Origin: Acidilobaceae archaeon | Lineage (GTDB): Archaea > Thermoproteota > Thermoprotei_A > Sulfolobales > Acidilobaceae | Direction: 5' to 3' | NCBI GenBank assembly: GCA_027082825.1 | Contig: JALWTO010000040.1 | Location: forward strand, 77,863-141,862 | Length of the DNA: 64,000 nucleotides | Shown here: positions 44,632-54,235 of the stretch, in pieces | Numbering within the stretch: position 1 is the first letter of the stretch | Layout of the letters: every line of letters starts with the position of its first letter | The notes under the pieces: model-generated | Seen by the model: the letters and a program-made list of their open reading frames with translations, nothing else | The model's database searches: none | Told to the model about the DNA's origin: nothing | Translations under genes and position numbers: made by a program

Positions 44632-45704
44632 ATATAAATGTCTTTGCTTTTAGCCATCCCATAGTTGTTCCATGTAACCCTTAGCATGAGCCTGTTTAGG
44701 GGCACTGAAACCTTAGGTCTTCTTACTTTCAATAAGACTTCCCTCTCCTCCGATGGAGCAGGGGGATTTATCTTGATATCTCCGAGTTTTATCCCTAATG
44801 CATAAATTGACACCATGGCATCTGTAGGCTCTAAAGTGCCTATATTCTTAATAATACATCTTATCTTATAATAATCATTTTCCTCTTCTATATTCTCTAC
44901 ATAGGCATTCAAGGATGCCTCAGGCATTGAAGACTCGTAAAGCAGTATTGAAGATATCAAAGCCTGCTTCGGATAAAATCTTCTCTCTGACTTCTTATAA
45001 TTTACATAAACACGTAACCTCTCTCCCCTAAACTTCAGAGGAGACTCCACCTGTACATTTCCTATATTCCCTGTCAGATCAGCCTGAAGATTCGCTGCCT
45101 CTATCTTTATGCTTGCAAATCTTGACGGTACCTGAAGTCTCATATTGAAGTTCTTTATCTCGGACTTTGATTCTGGAAGAGAAACATTAATACCCAAGAA
45201 ATCACCTGGCTCGACAACCATTGCGCCAGTAAGCAAACGCATAGAATGCCAGGATCTTTCAATTCCCTTATAAATCACTGTTAGGCCCGCATCCTCAAAT
45301 ATAACTGGCTTAGCTGCAGTATAGACTATATTCATCAAATGCACATTTTTTTCAGCCAGTCTACTACCAAGTAGACCTTCTATTTCATACACAGCCTTAC
45401 CATATATGCCCTCTTCAACCTCTACAACCACCTGTGGCTTAAACTCTCTGGTTATTGTAACTCCATCAATCGATATCACTAGTCTTAAAGGAAGCACCGC
45501 ATCCTCTGGAACAAGAAATCCAACATCAAGATAGGCTCTTTCTATACTCACCTCAGAAGAGACTAGTCCTGTAGCTAGAGCTACAGATGTCCTTTTTGAA
45601 GCATTATAACCAGAACCTAGAACCACCTTGTTATACGCATCTGTATGCCTAACAATACCATTTCCGCTAGAGGATCCAAAGTCTGTTATATTCCCCTTAA
45701 CCAT
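44622..45704 (-). CDS. hypothetical beta-rich protein with a C-terminal CARDB/Ig-like segment
   Basis: 360 aa with no signal peptide or TM helix. The C-terminal IKNIGTLEPTDAMVSIYALGIKLGDIKINPPAPSEEREVLLKV resembles the CARDB-type Ig-fold pattern. GAGGGGGT SD upstream. Confidence 0.5.
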   Translation of the reverse strand: MVKGNITDFGSSSGNGIVRHTDAYNKVVLGSGYNASKRTSVALATGLVSSEVSIERAYLDVGFLVPEDAVLPLRLVISIDGVTITREFKPQVVVEVEEGIYGKAVYEIEGLLGSRLAEKNVHLMNIVYTAAKPVIFEDAGLTVIYKGIERSWHSMRLLTGAMVVEPGDFLGINVSLPESKSEIKNFNMRLQVPSRFASIKIEAANLQADLTGNIGNVQVESPLKFRGERLRVYVNYKKSERRFYPKQALISSILLYESSMPEASLNAYVENIEEENDYYKIRCIIKNIGTLEPTDAMVSIYALGIKLGDIKINPPAPSEEREVLLKVRRPKVSVPLNRLMLRVTWNNYGMAKSKDIYIQI

Positions 45705-45754
45705 TAAATTACCCCCTCACAAAACTTTCTAGGCTAAGATCTGTAGGTTCGAAC

Positions 45755-46765
45755 TTAATAATACCATGTATCCACGTAGTTATGCTCAGGTACCATCAGA
45801 AGGGGGTTAGTATAAGCTGAACAAGCCTTTCTTAATATACATCCTTCTTCTGAACAACCTCCAATTCTCTTACAAGCTTCTGAACAAGCCTTTCTACATA
45901 CAGGAGCTTCTCTTTTGCAACACTTTCTTCCAAAAGCCCATAGAAAGTCATCTAAAATAAAAGGGTCAACACTTGCTCTTAAGGAAACGAGCCTATAAGC
46001 TTCCCTAGTCGTAAGCCTTAAAAGTATGTCATCTTCCCATGAAAAATTAATCCCTGCTGCTATCTTCTCTAAAGTCTCCTTATCCACCTTAATTAGTCCA
46101 AGCCTTAAGGCTATTCTAACAAGATGATTATCTACAGGAACCTCTTTGTGTTGAGGGTCATTGACTCTCAATACACCTCTTCTCTCTAAAAATTTCGCAA
46201 GGAGATAAGCTTTTTTCTCGACAGGATCTTGGAAGGCTTTAAATATCTTTAGTCTATCTATGAAACCTTCTGCATACTTTTCTTTAAGATAACCTTTAGA
46301 CTCTACAATCAGCTTATACGCACTTCCATCATATAATAGACTAAGTTTCTGTCCTAAATCTCTGAGAAGTTGAACTCTCACTTCAGGATCTGGGGGCCTT
46401 GCTATCCTGTTCTTATAACTTATTGAGAGCCAACCAAGAATATCCTCTTTTGATATCTTTGAGAGCCTATCGGCTGTGAAAAATTCTGGATCTTCAGCAA
46501 GTTTTTTTGAACCTAATCTGTAAAGAAGATCTGCACCATGATAGAACTTTCCATCTACATATCCTTCATAAGGCCTTTTTGCTCTACTTAGCCTGTGATC
46601 CATAGCCACCATTACTAGAAAATACATGGTTATCTCTTCTTTACTTGCATTCTTGGGAGGATAAAATTCGGTATCAACAAAGTAATCTACTGGTAGCATA
46701 GGTATATGTTTCTTCAGTATTTCCCCTACAAGTATTGCTCTCTCCTTGCTAACCTCGACCATCAT
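45755..46765 (-). CDS. HhH-glycosylase-fold protein (AGOG / DUF2419-Qng1-like) with a Cys-rich C-terminal cluster
   Basis: 336 aa. EVPVDNHLVRIALRLGLIKV resembles the PVDxR(V/I)xRxxxxxGLI segment of HhH-GPD-type N-glycosylases. Nine Cys occur within the 38-residue stretch CCKREAPVCRKACSEACKRIGGCSEEGCILRKACSAY near the C-terminus. Confidence 0.35.
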   Translation of the reverse strand: MMVEVSKERAILVGEILKKHIPMLPVDYFVDTEFYPPKNASKEEITMYFLVMVAMDHRLSRAKRPYEGYVDGKFYHGADLLYRLGSKKLAEDPEFFTADRLSKISKEDILGWLSISYKNRIARPPDPEVRVQLLRDLGQKLSLLYDGSAYKLIVESKGYLKEKYAEGFIDRLKIFKAFQDPVEKKAYLLAKFLERRGVLRVNDPQHKEVPVDNHLVRIALRLGLIKVDKETLEKIAAGINFSWEDDILLRLTTREAYRLVSLRASVDPFILDDFLWAFGRKCCKREAPVCRKACSEACKRIGGCSEEGCILRKACSAYTNPLLMVPEHNYVDTWYY

Positions 46766-46776
46766 TTCTTAAACAC

Positions 46777-47232
46777 CTATAGCAATAGAAGTTTCCTAGT
46801 TCCTCTTTTTTCATCTAAGATATATACCTGCCTTCTTCCTATTGTGAATAAAGCCATTTTATCTTCAGTAAGTATTACTATCTCATATAGAAACCCTGAA
46901 GGCATGTAAAAAGTTATGTATTCAGATACTCCTTCTAGCTTTGTGTAATGTATATCAAAGGGCCCTAAAGAAAGATCACTGTTGTTCATTATTAGCTCAT
47001 CGGCCTTCTTACTAGATATACCTTTCAAAGGAAATGCGAAGTTTACATATATCACTTTCCTATCTTTTTTTCTGCCTATAAAATATTCATTATAGCTCAT
47101 GAAAAGACCTTTTATGTCAATTTCTCTCTGAGAAAAAAAGATCTTACTGTTTTCTGCCTCAACAGACAGTCCTCTATCCTGCTTTATTTTAATAAAACCT
47201 TTTTTCCATTGAAAGATTAGAGGTTTTCTCAC
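46777..47232 (-). CDS. hypothetical protein
   Basis: 151 aa with no motif recognised. 11-nt gap to the downstream glycosylase-like gene. Confidence 0.4.
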   Translation of the reverse strand: MRKPLIFQWKKGFIKIKQDRGLSVEAENSKIFFSQREIDIKGLFMSYNEYFIGRKKDRKVIYVNFAFPLKGISSKKADELIMNNSDLSLGPFDIHYTKLEGVSEYITFYMPSGFLYEIVILTEDKMALFTIGRRQVYILDEKRGTRKLLLL

Positions 47233-47390
47233 AACAAAGCACCTTTCACTCTTACTATTATCCCTAGCTTTGCGATCATCATAGTTCTTATTGAACCTTA
47301 ATTCTAATAAAAGTGTTTATTGAAAAAGCAGAGAGCGGAATAAGGTTTATCAGAGTAACTAAGTCAACCACCAATATATAGGGTCTAAAA

Positions 47391-48611
47391 ATGAAGAATG
47401 TTGTGGTCGTTAGATACTCTGAGATAGCAGTAAAAGGACGGAAGACTCGGAATGAGATGGAAAGACTTCTTATAAACAACATGAAAGATGCTCTAAAAAC
47501 AAAAAAATGCAAAGGTAAGTTCCTGAGAAAAGATGGAAGAATTATAGTCGAAAGTCCTGAACCCGATCCTTTGAAAGTGGCCAAGGTTATTAGCAAAGTC
47601 TTCGGTGTTAAGTCTGTATCGCCAGCAATAATGACTGAGTTCTCCAACTTTAAAGACTTGATCGAAAAGGCCTTACAATATTTCTCAGCAGATATAAAGG
47701 GAAGAATATTTGCAGTTAGAGCCAGAAGAGTTGGAAGCCATAGCTTTACAAGCAAAGATGTTGAGAAAGCTTTAGGAAAGAAATTACTTGAGACTGGAGG
47801 AAAAGGTGTTGATTTAGAAAGACCCGAGTTTATTGCCTATGTTGAAATAAGAGATTATGTTGCATATTTTTATAAAGACATCATAAGAGGGCCTGGAGGA
47901 CTCCCTTTGGGTAGTGAAGACCCAGTGCTAGTGCTCTTTAGTGGGGGTTTTGACTCGACAGTATCTGTCTGGCTTCTCATGAAAAGAGGTTCGCCTATAA
48001 CCCTCCTAACCTTTTATCCTAACATACCCGAGTTCTTGGAAAGATCTTTACAAATAGCAGGCTTTTTAAATAACGAATGGTCATTTGGACATGAAATCGA
48101 GTTCTGTGTAGCGGACATTAGCAATATCGTGAACATACTAAAGTCTAAAGTTAGAAAGGATTACAGAGTTCTTGTCCTAAGAAAAATAATGGCAGAATAT
48201 GCCAGACAAATTGCTGAAGAAAAGAAGTTGAAGGTGTTGGCGACAGGAGAATCCGTTGGTCAGGTTGCCTCCCAGACCATAAATAATATAAGGTTGATCT
48301 GGGAGAATATAGGAATTCCAGTCCTCAGACCAGTGATAGGTCTTGACAAAGATGAAATAATGAAAATTTCTAAGGAAATAGATGTTTACGATCTTGTCTC
48401 GAAACAAATAGAACCGTGTGGAATGCTTGGAAGTCCTGATCCTAAAGCATCGTCAGATATTTTCTATAATGAATATAATAAAACCAAAAAATTCTTGGAA
48501 AATCTGAAATACAAATGTATTGAGATGAGTAATGTGAAGTTGGAGAAAATACTAAAGACTTGCAATGAGCTAGATAAAGCATCTGATACGAGGAGGCCCT
48601 CGATCTGCTAG
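47391..48611 (+). CDS. thiI: tRNA 4-thiouridine synthase ThiI (THUMP + PP-loop)
   Basis: 406 aa. N-terminal VVVRYSEIAVKGRKTR (ferredoxin-like/THUMP), PP-loop VLFSGGFDSTV, and TGESVGQVASQT. Confidence 0.85.
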   Translation: MKNVVVVRYSEIAVKGRKTRNEMERLLINNMKDALKTKKCKGKFLRKDGRIIVESPEPDPLKVAKVISKVFGVKSVSPAIMTEFSNFKDLIEKALQYFSADIKGRIFAVRARRVGSHSFTSKDVEKALGKKLLETGGKGVDLERPEFIAYVEIRDYVAYFYKDIIRGPGGLPLGSEDPVLVLFSGGFDSTVSVWLLMKRGSPITLLTFYPNIPEFLERSLQIAGFLNNEWSFGHEIEFCVADISNIVNILKSKVRKDYRVLVLRKIMAEYARQIAEEKKLKVLATGESVGQVASQTINNIRLIWENIGIPVLRPVIGLDKDEIMKISKEIDVYDLVSKQIEPCGMLGSPDPKASSDIFYNEYNKTKKFLENLKYKCIEMSNVKLEKILKTCNELDKASDTRRPSIC

Positions 48612-49502
48612 CTAAATATTTTGAAGTATTCTTGATATTAATTTTCTTATATCTTTAAATTGTTTATCAACTATATAAAGATGCTCTCCTCCGTCTACCA
48701 GGACATCCTCCCCTACAATAACGCTCTCTATTCTAGCACCTGAAGAATAAATTGACATAATTTCTCTATTAGGGGCCATATCGAGTAGCATTGCAGGAGG
48801 TCTTCTTACATCATATATGATTACTTCTGCAGAAGCTTTTCTTCTTATTGATACGTCACCTAATCCAAGGATCCTTCTCAATCTATTTGAACCTCTTAAA
48901 ACATCATGCATTCCATGGAGATTCCAAAAAGATTTATTTATAAATGAAAGTACCTTAGATCCTTCGGAACTTAACCAGAGCTCTTCTTTTTCGACAACAT
49001 CAGCCCTACCCATACATGATCTGTCTGCTATCCTAAGCATACCAACACTCCACTCAGGCTTTTCTGGAGGTTCACCCTCGCATGAAGGAAAGGCAAGACC
49101 ATAGTTTCCTCCAGCCATATCTTTGATCTTAGCCAAATAACCATAATCTATTCCCTCTATAATCATAGTCGTTACACCTGAGAGGTGAAGTTCATAGATT
49201 CCCGCTAGTGAAAGAAGAGCTCTCTCAGATAAAGTAAGGGTTTTTAGAAGTTCTATCCGTCTCCTAATAGACGGTCTATAAAATCTTAGAACATACGATA
49301 TAGGTGAAGCTAATGCTGTAAGTCCTGGAGCTACTATTCTTCCTTCACCACCTAAGACAAGAGAAGCATATGTATAGTCTTCTGGGGGTGGCTGCTGTCC
49401 AAAGTCCTCTATTGTTCCATTTTTTACAAAGACATAACCATCCTTTATTATTTCTTCTTCATTGACAATAACCCTAGACCCTGTAATCAATATTTCTACC
49501 AT
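48612..49502 (-). CDS. amidohydrolase-superfamily-like protein, short and apparently lacking the HxH metal motif
   Basis: 296 aa. The N- and C-terminal beta-sandwich halves look typical (ILITGSRVIV...DGYVFVKNGTIEDFG...GRIVAPGL; ...AEVIIYD...IESVIVGEDVLVDGG). However, the position after PGL reads TALASP rather than xxHxH. Confidence 0.4.
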   Translation of the reverse strand: MVEILITGSRVIVNEEEIIKDGYVFVKNGTIEDFGQQPPPEDYTYASLVLGGEGRIVAPGLTALASPISYVLRFYRPSIRRRIELLKTLTLSERALLSLAGIYELHLSGVTTMIIEGIDYGYLAKIKDMAGGNYGLAFPSCEGEPPEKPEWSVGMLRIADRSCMGRADVVEKEELWLSSEGSKVLSFINKSFWNLHGMHDVLRGSNRLRRILGLGDVSIRRKASAEVIIYDVRRPPAMLLDMAPNREIMSIYSSGARIESVIVGEDVLVDGGEHLYIVDKQFKDIRKLISRILQNI

Positions 49503-49595
49503 AACTCACTCGCCAACATTGTGGAATAAGACTAGTGGATTTATACGCTCTCCACTCAAAGCATACCCTTAGAAGATGAGGACAGGGGAAGATTA

Positions 49596-51152
49596 GTGAA
49601 CAAGAACAGCACAGGGGCCTTCTATCCCCTAGGGAGCATGTATGTGCTTGATCTAGATGTGATTCTGAATGGCAGTGCTAAGAGACTGATCATTAATGGA
49701 GAAATTAAAGGTAAGATCATTATTCATAAATCAATAATCGAATATCTATATCAAGAGGCCAAGATGGGTAGAAGCACTGGGGTTACTGGACTTGAAGAGT
49801 TGAAGAAGCTCCTTGAAACTGCAAAAGGGCTTGAGGTTGCTATTGTTGAAGAGGAAAAAATGCCTAGAGAGCTGAACCTAGAGGAGGTCAAAAAACTCGT
49901 AAGGAACTATGCCTGGAAGACTGGGGGAGTTCTGGTCTCAAGTGATGAACTCCTACTAAAATCAGCTGAAGCCATGGGTATCTCAACATTATGCACTAAA
50001 AACAGGACTAATGGAAAGCTTAAGATAGAAGAATTCTTTGATGAAAAAACTATGAGTGTTCATCTGAAGGAAAACTCTCCACCTTTAGCCAAGATAGGCA
50101 AACCTGGCAGATGGCTTTTTGTAAGCCTTTCAGACAGACCTATGACAAAAAATGAAATTGAAGAGATAGCTAGAGAAATTATTGAGGACGCTTCTAGAAT
50201 GGAGACAGGATTTGTTGAAATAGATAGAAGTGGTTCGACTATAGTCCAAATAAAGGATTATAGAATAATTATAACAAGACCTCCACTAAGCGATGGATGG
50301 GAAATAACTGCTGTAAGGCCTATAGTAAAATTATCTATTGAAGATTACAACATACCAGAAAAACTCATGAAGAGGTTTATTGAGAAAGCTGAGGGTATTC
50401 TTATATCTGGAGCCCCTGGTATGGGCAAAACTACGTTTGCTCAAGCACTTGCAGAATTTTATGCCAGACAGGGTAAAGTTGTCAAGACCATAGAGTCGCC
50501 TAGAGATATGAGGCTTCCACCTATAGTAACCCAGTATTCTAAAAACTACGCAGACCTGGGCGAGCTTCATGACATACTTCTTTTAAGCAGACCAGACTAT
50601 ACAGTTTTCGATGAGCTCAGAAATGACGAGGACTTTAAACTTTATGTCGATTTAAGACTTGCTGGTATAGGAATGATTGGGGTTGTTCATGCAACAAGTT
50701 CCATAGATGCAATACAGAGATTTATAAGAAGGGTTGAGCTTGGTATGATTCCTAGCATAGTAGATACTGTAATATTCATTAACGAAGGAAGAATAGAAAG
50801 AGTATATGAACTATCAATTACTGTAAAGCTTCCAACAGGACTAAAAGAAGCCGAACTTTCAAGACCTGTAGTTGAGGTCAAAGATTTTCTGACTGGAGAG
50901 CTTGAATATGAAATTTACACCTTTGGGGAGCAGACAATGGTTATTCCAGTAAGAAAGAGAAGAGAGGCTAAAGAAAGTAAGATAATAACAGCGGTCAAGA
51001 GGCTTATACCTGGTTCCAACGTTAATGTTGATGGAAATACCCTTGTAATCAAGGTTTCTAGATCTAACCCAAAGCTTACAGCTAGGAGACTAAAGAGAAT
51101 AAGAAGATTAGCCGAGAAATATGGGCTTGACATGAGAATAATACCAGAATAA
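49596..51152 (+). CDS. PIN-domain / PilT-like ATPase / KH-domain protein (COG1855-type)
   Basis: 518 aa. N-terminal PIN-like region (VLDLDVILNG...), Walker A ISGAPGMGKTTFAQALA, Walker B-like YTVFDELR, and a C-terminal KH-like region. Confidence 0.65.
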   Translation: MNKNSTGAFYPLGSMYVLDLDVILNGSAKRLIINGEIKGKIIIHKSIIEYLYQEAKMGRSTGVTGLEELKKLLETAKGLEVAIVEEEKMPRELNLEEVKKLVRNYAWKTGGVLVSSDELLLKSAEAMGISTLCTKNRTNGKLKIEEFFDEKTMSVHLKENSPPLAKIGKPGRWLFVSLSDRPMTKNEIEEIAREIIEDASRMETGFVEIDRSGSTIVQIKDYRIIITRPPLSDGWEITAVRPIVKLSIEDYNIPEKLMKRFIEKAEGILISGAPGMGKTTFAQALAEFYARQGKVVKTIESPRDMRLPPIVTQYSKNYADLGELHDILLLSRPDYTVFDELRNDEDFKLYVDLRLAGIGMIGVVHATSSIDAIQRFIRRVELGMIPSIVDTVIFINEGRIERVYELSITVKLPTGLKEAELSRPVVEVKDFLTGELEYEIYTFGEQTMVIPVRKRREAKESKIITAVKRLIPGSNVNVDGNTLVIKVSRSNPKLTARRLKRIRRLAEKYGLDMRIIPE

Positions 51153-51224
51153 ACGTTATAACGTTATCTTATGTCTGATCTACATGAATCATCATAATCA
51201 TTTCAACTTAATATTAGCTTATAA

Positions 51225-51650
51225 CTACATAAAGTCTGTGAGCTTTTTGAACCCTAGAACATCAACAATAAAGCCGTTCAGATCAATACCTTTGCCCTCG
51301 ACTTTAAAGCCTCCTCTTCTAGTGGTCTTTACCTCATCCAATCTAAAGAAAAGCCATTTTCTACCCTTAAGCCTAACAGCTATAAATGCTTGAGCACCAG
51401 CCCTCTTTGCAAATTCTGAAAGACCCAGAACCTGCTCAGGCCTAATGTACACAGGCAGCTCACTTGTCCTTTTTACTTCTATGACAGCTACCTTTCCACT
51501 CTTAATTATAACGAGATCTGGCTGAAACCTCCTTCTGGTTCCTGCACCACTTGCAGGCCCCCTTATGACTGCAAATCCTTTATTCCAAAGAATGTTGGCC
51601 AGCTCCCTCTCAGCATCCACTCCTCTGGGCAAACTATACACCATACCCAT
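51225..51650 (-). CDS. hjc: Holliday junction resolvase Hjc
   Basis: 141 aa. GVDAERELANILWNKGFAVIRGPASGAG...PDLVIIKSGKVAVIEVKRT closely follows the Hjc catalytic core (E...PD...ExK). Confidence 0.88.
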   Translation of the reverse strand: MGMVYSLPRGVDAERELANILWNKGFAVIRGPASGAGTRRRFQPDLVIIKSGKVAVIEVKRTSELPVYIRPEQVLGLSEFAKRAGAQAFIAVRLKGRKWLFFRLDEVKTTRRGGFKVEGKGIDLNGFIVDVLGFKKLTDFM

Positions 51651-51709
51651 TATGTAACCACAGGCTTAATAATTTCAGAAAACAGCAGAAAACAAGGAGG
51701 AGGAATCTC

Positions 51710-52513
51710 ATGCCACTCGCGCCCTCTGAGGCAGTAGGTTATTCTATACTGTTTTTAATAGTGATTATAATACTTGCTATGAGTATAAAAGTTGTTAAAG
51801 AATATGAAAGGGCCGTTATTTTTAGACTTGGAAGACTTCTTGGAGCAAAGGGACCTGGAATATTCTTCATAATACCTTTTGTTGATAATTTTGTCAAGGT
51901 TGACCTTAGAGTAGTTACAGTTGATGTACCGAAACAAAGGATAATAACAAGAGATAACGTTACCGTTGGAATAGATGCTGTTGTCTATTATAGAGTGTTT
52001 GACCCTGTGTTAGCTGTCACAAAAATAGAGAACTATAATTATGCTATTGTAATGCTTGCTCAAACAACCCTTAGGGATGTCATAGGTCAGGTCGAACTTG
52101 ATGATCTTTTAACAAAAAGAGATGAGATAAACAAGAGACTTCAAGAAATCCTAGATATAGTAACCGACCCTTGGGGCATAAAGGTTACAGCAGTGACCCT
52201 CAAGGAAGTAGAGTTGCCTGAAAACATGTTAAGAGCTATGGCTAAACAGGCTGAAGCTGAGAGATGGAGAAGGGCCAGAATCATTGAGGCCCAGGGTGAG
52301 GAACAAGCTGCAGAAATCATGGCTAGAGCAGCCGAATTTTATGAGAAGCATCCAGCTGCACTTAAGCTAAGAGAACTTCAGACACTCGTAGAAATTGCTA
52401 GAGAAAAGAATCTAGTATTAGTATCAGAACCCCTTGCTAATATTCACGGAGCTGCAGAGACTCTTGGCCTAGTAACAGCTCTTCAGAAGAAACAACCTAG
52501 CACACAAGAATGA
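51710..52513 (+). CDS. SPFH/band-7 stomatin-like protein
   Basis: 267 aa. N-terminal TM helix, then VKEYERAVIFRLGRLLGAKGPGIFFIIPFVD...ITRDNV...RDVIG and a coiled-coil tail. Confidence 0.85.
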   Translation: MPLAPSEAVGYSILFLIVIIILAMSIKVVKEYERAVIFRLGRLLGAKGPGIFFIIPFVDNFVKVDLRVVTVDVPKQRIITRDNVTVGIDAVVYYRVFDPVLAVTKIENYNYAIVMLAQTTLRDVIGQVELDDLLTKRDEINKRLQEILDIVTDPWGIKVTAVTLKEVELPENMLRAMAKQAEAERWRRARIIEAQGEEQAAEIMARAAEFYEKHPAALKLRELQTLVEIAREKNLVLVSEPLANIHGAAETLGLVTALQKKQPSTQE

Positions 52514-52601
52514 AGATCAATAACTTAATAATACATCATAGAAAAATAATCATTTTAAAATTCTTTAGCATGACTAAGACTTTAAGTAGGGAAGGTAAGA
52601 G

Positions 52602-54014
52602 ATGACAAAAAAGAACCATATAACTAAGAACCTATTTGCTCTCATAATCTTAGCTTCAATAATATTGCCTGTTACCTTTATCTCAGTCTATGCCCAAGGA
52701 TCGAACCAAGGAAATCTCAATAACAATCATTACGGTTACATAGGGAAGAGCGGTCCCTATAGCAGGGTTGTCGGCCCTTCTGTGGTATATATAAAAGTTG
52801 AAGGTGTTATTGACACAGCTATGGAAGATTATGTGAAATCTGCCATAAAATATGCTGAAGAGAGAAATGCTGTTCTTGTGATCTTCTTGAATACTCCTGG
52901 AGGCTATTTAGATAGTGCACAAGACATAGTTATTGCCATGGATTCAGCAAGCATCCCAGTTGTCGGATATGTATACAAAGGCTGGGCTGAAAGCGCTGGA
53001 ACCCTAATACTTGAGTCAACAGATATTGCAGCCATGGCTCCAGGAACACAGATAGGAAGCCTCCAGCCAGTTATGTATAATCCGACAACAGGCAGTTATG
53101 AACCTGTGAACGAAAGCAAGATAATCAATGCTGTAGTAGAGTTCTTAATTGTTCATGCAGGTGACAAAGGAAGAAACGTAACAGAACTTCGTAGATTTGT
53201 AACTCATAATGATAATCTTGATCCCCAAACAGCTCTTAAATATCATGTTATAAACTTTATCGCAAACGACCTTCAATCCCTAATAAGAGAAATCAATGGC
53301 TCTAGGGTTAGATTACCCTCAAGCAACTTGACTGTCCTAATAAAGTTGAATGGAAACGCCTACTACTATTCTCCTAGTGTTAGATCGTCACTACTTCATG
53401 CTCTTTCGGACCCCTTGCTTTCAGGTCTTTTACTTTCATTAGGAATGTTAATAATTCTGTTTACACTAGCCGCAGGCCATCCAGCACTGGCTGCAATAGG
53501 CGCTCTCTTACTCTTTTTAGGCCTTGCAGGCTCAGGCTTTAATCCAAATTATACTGCGCTGTTCTTAATTGTTCTGGGCAGCATACTTCTCTTTATTGAA
53601 ATACATACACCAGGCTTTGGAATAATAGGCGGAACTGGAATAATCATGTTAATATTAGGAATAGCCATCCTTCCAATATCATCAGGCGGTATGGCCTTCA
53701 GTATAGCCTATGCCAAGGGATTACTGGAAGGGCTTTATGCCACTGGAGCTGTTGTTGGCGCTTTTGGAGCATACACTGTTTATAAAATAGTCCAAGTTAG
53801 AAGAAGACCATCTAAACTATGGGCTCTTGAAGGCATTAGAGGGAAAGCCCTAGACAGAATAGAGCCTGGAAAAACAGGCTTTGTAATAGTTAATGGTGAG
53901 TACTGGAAGGCCAAAAGTGATGAAGTAATAGAGCCTGGAGATGAAATAGTGGTTGTTGGCAAAGAAGGTAGGATCCTTAAAGTTAAAAAGAATAAGATGG
54001 CACAAAAGAATTAA
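52602..54014 (+). CDS. NfeD-like membrane-bound serine protease (ClpP class) with C-terminal OB domain
   Basis: 470 aa. Signal/TM segment, ClpP-like LNTPGGYLDSAQDIV...AESAGT, multiple TM helices, and a C-terminal NfeD OB segment GFVIVNGEYWKAKSDEVIEPGDEIVVVG. Paired with the upstream stomatin gene. Confidence 0.75.
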   Translation: MTKKNHITKNLFALIILASIILPVTFISVYAQGSNQGNLNNNHYGYIGKSGPYSRVVGPSVVYIKVEGVIDTAMEDYVKSAIKYAEERNAVLVIFLNTPGGYLDSAQDIVIAMDSASIPVVGYVYKGWAESAGTLILESTDIAAMAPGTQIGSLQPVMYNPTTGSYEPVNESKIINAVVEFLIVHAGDKGRNVTELRRFVTHNDNLDPQTALKYHVINFIANDLQSLIREINGSRVRLPSSNLTVLIKLNGNAYYYSPSVRSSLLHALSDPLLSGLLLSLGMLIILFTLAAGHPALAAIGALLLFLGLAGSGFNPNYTALFLIVLGSILLFIEIHTPGFGIIGGTGIIMLILGIAILPISSGGMAFSIAYAKGLLEGLYATGAVVGAFGAYTVYKIVQVRRRPSKLWALEGIRGKALDRIEPGKTGFVIVNGEYWKAKSDEVIEPGDEIVVVGKEGRILKVKKNKMAQKN

Positions 54015-54019
54015 GAAAA

Positions 54020-54223
54020 CTAAGATTGATTTTCAAGAGAATCAAGTTTATGCCTTGCTTCACTTAGTCTATCGTATATTTGTTCTATTACATCTAAAAT
54101 GCTGTACTTCCATGAGTCCCCATTTTGACACTTAACCCTAGCCAATATCTTCTCTAAGTACTCCATTCTAGCAAATATATTATCGACTATCTCTTTTATT
54201 TCATCAATTCTCTCTTTTTCCAC
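54020..54223 (-). CDS. small coiled-coil hypothetical protein
   Basis: 67 aa, 12 nt downstream of the 54236-54994 gene on the same strand. Helical and charged, no motif. Confidence 0.35.
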   Translation of the reverse strand: MEKERIDEIKEIVDNIFARMEYLEKILARVKCQNGDSWKYSILDVIEQIYDRLSEARHKLDSLENQS

Positions 54224-54235
54224 TTTATAGGCACC

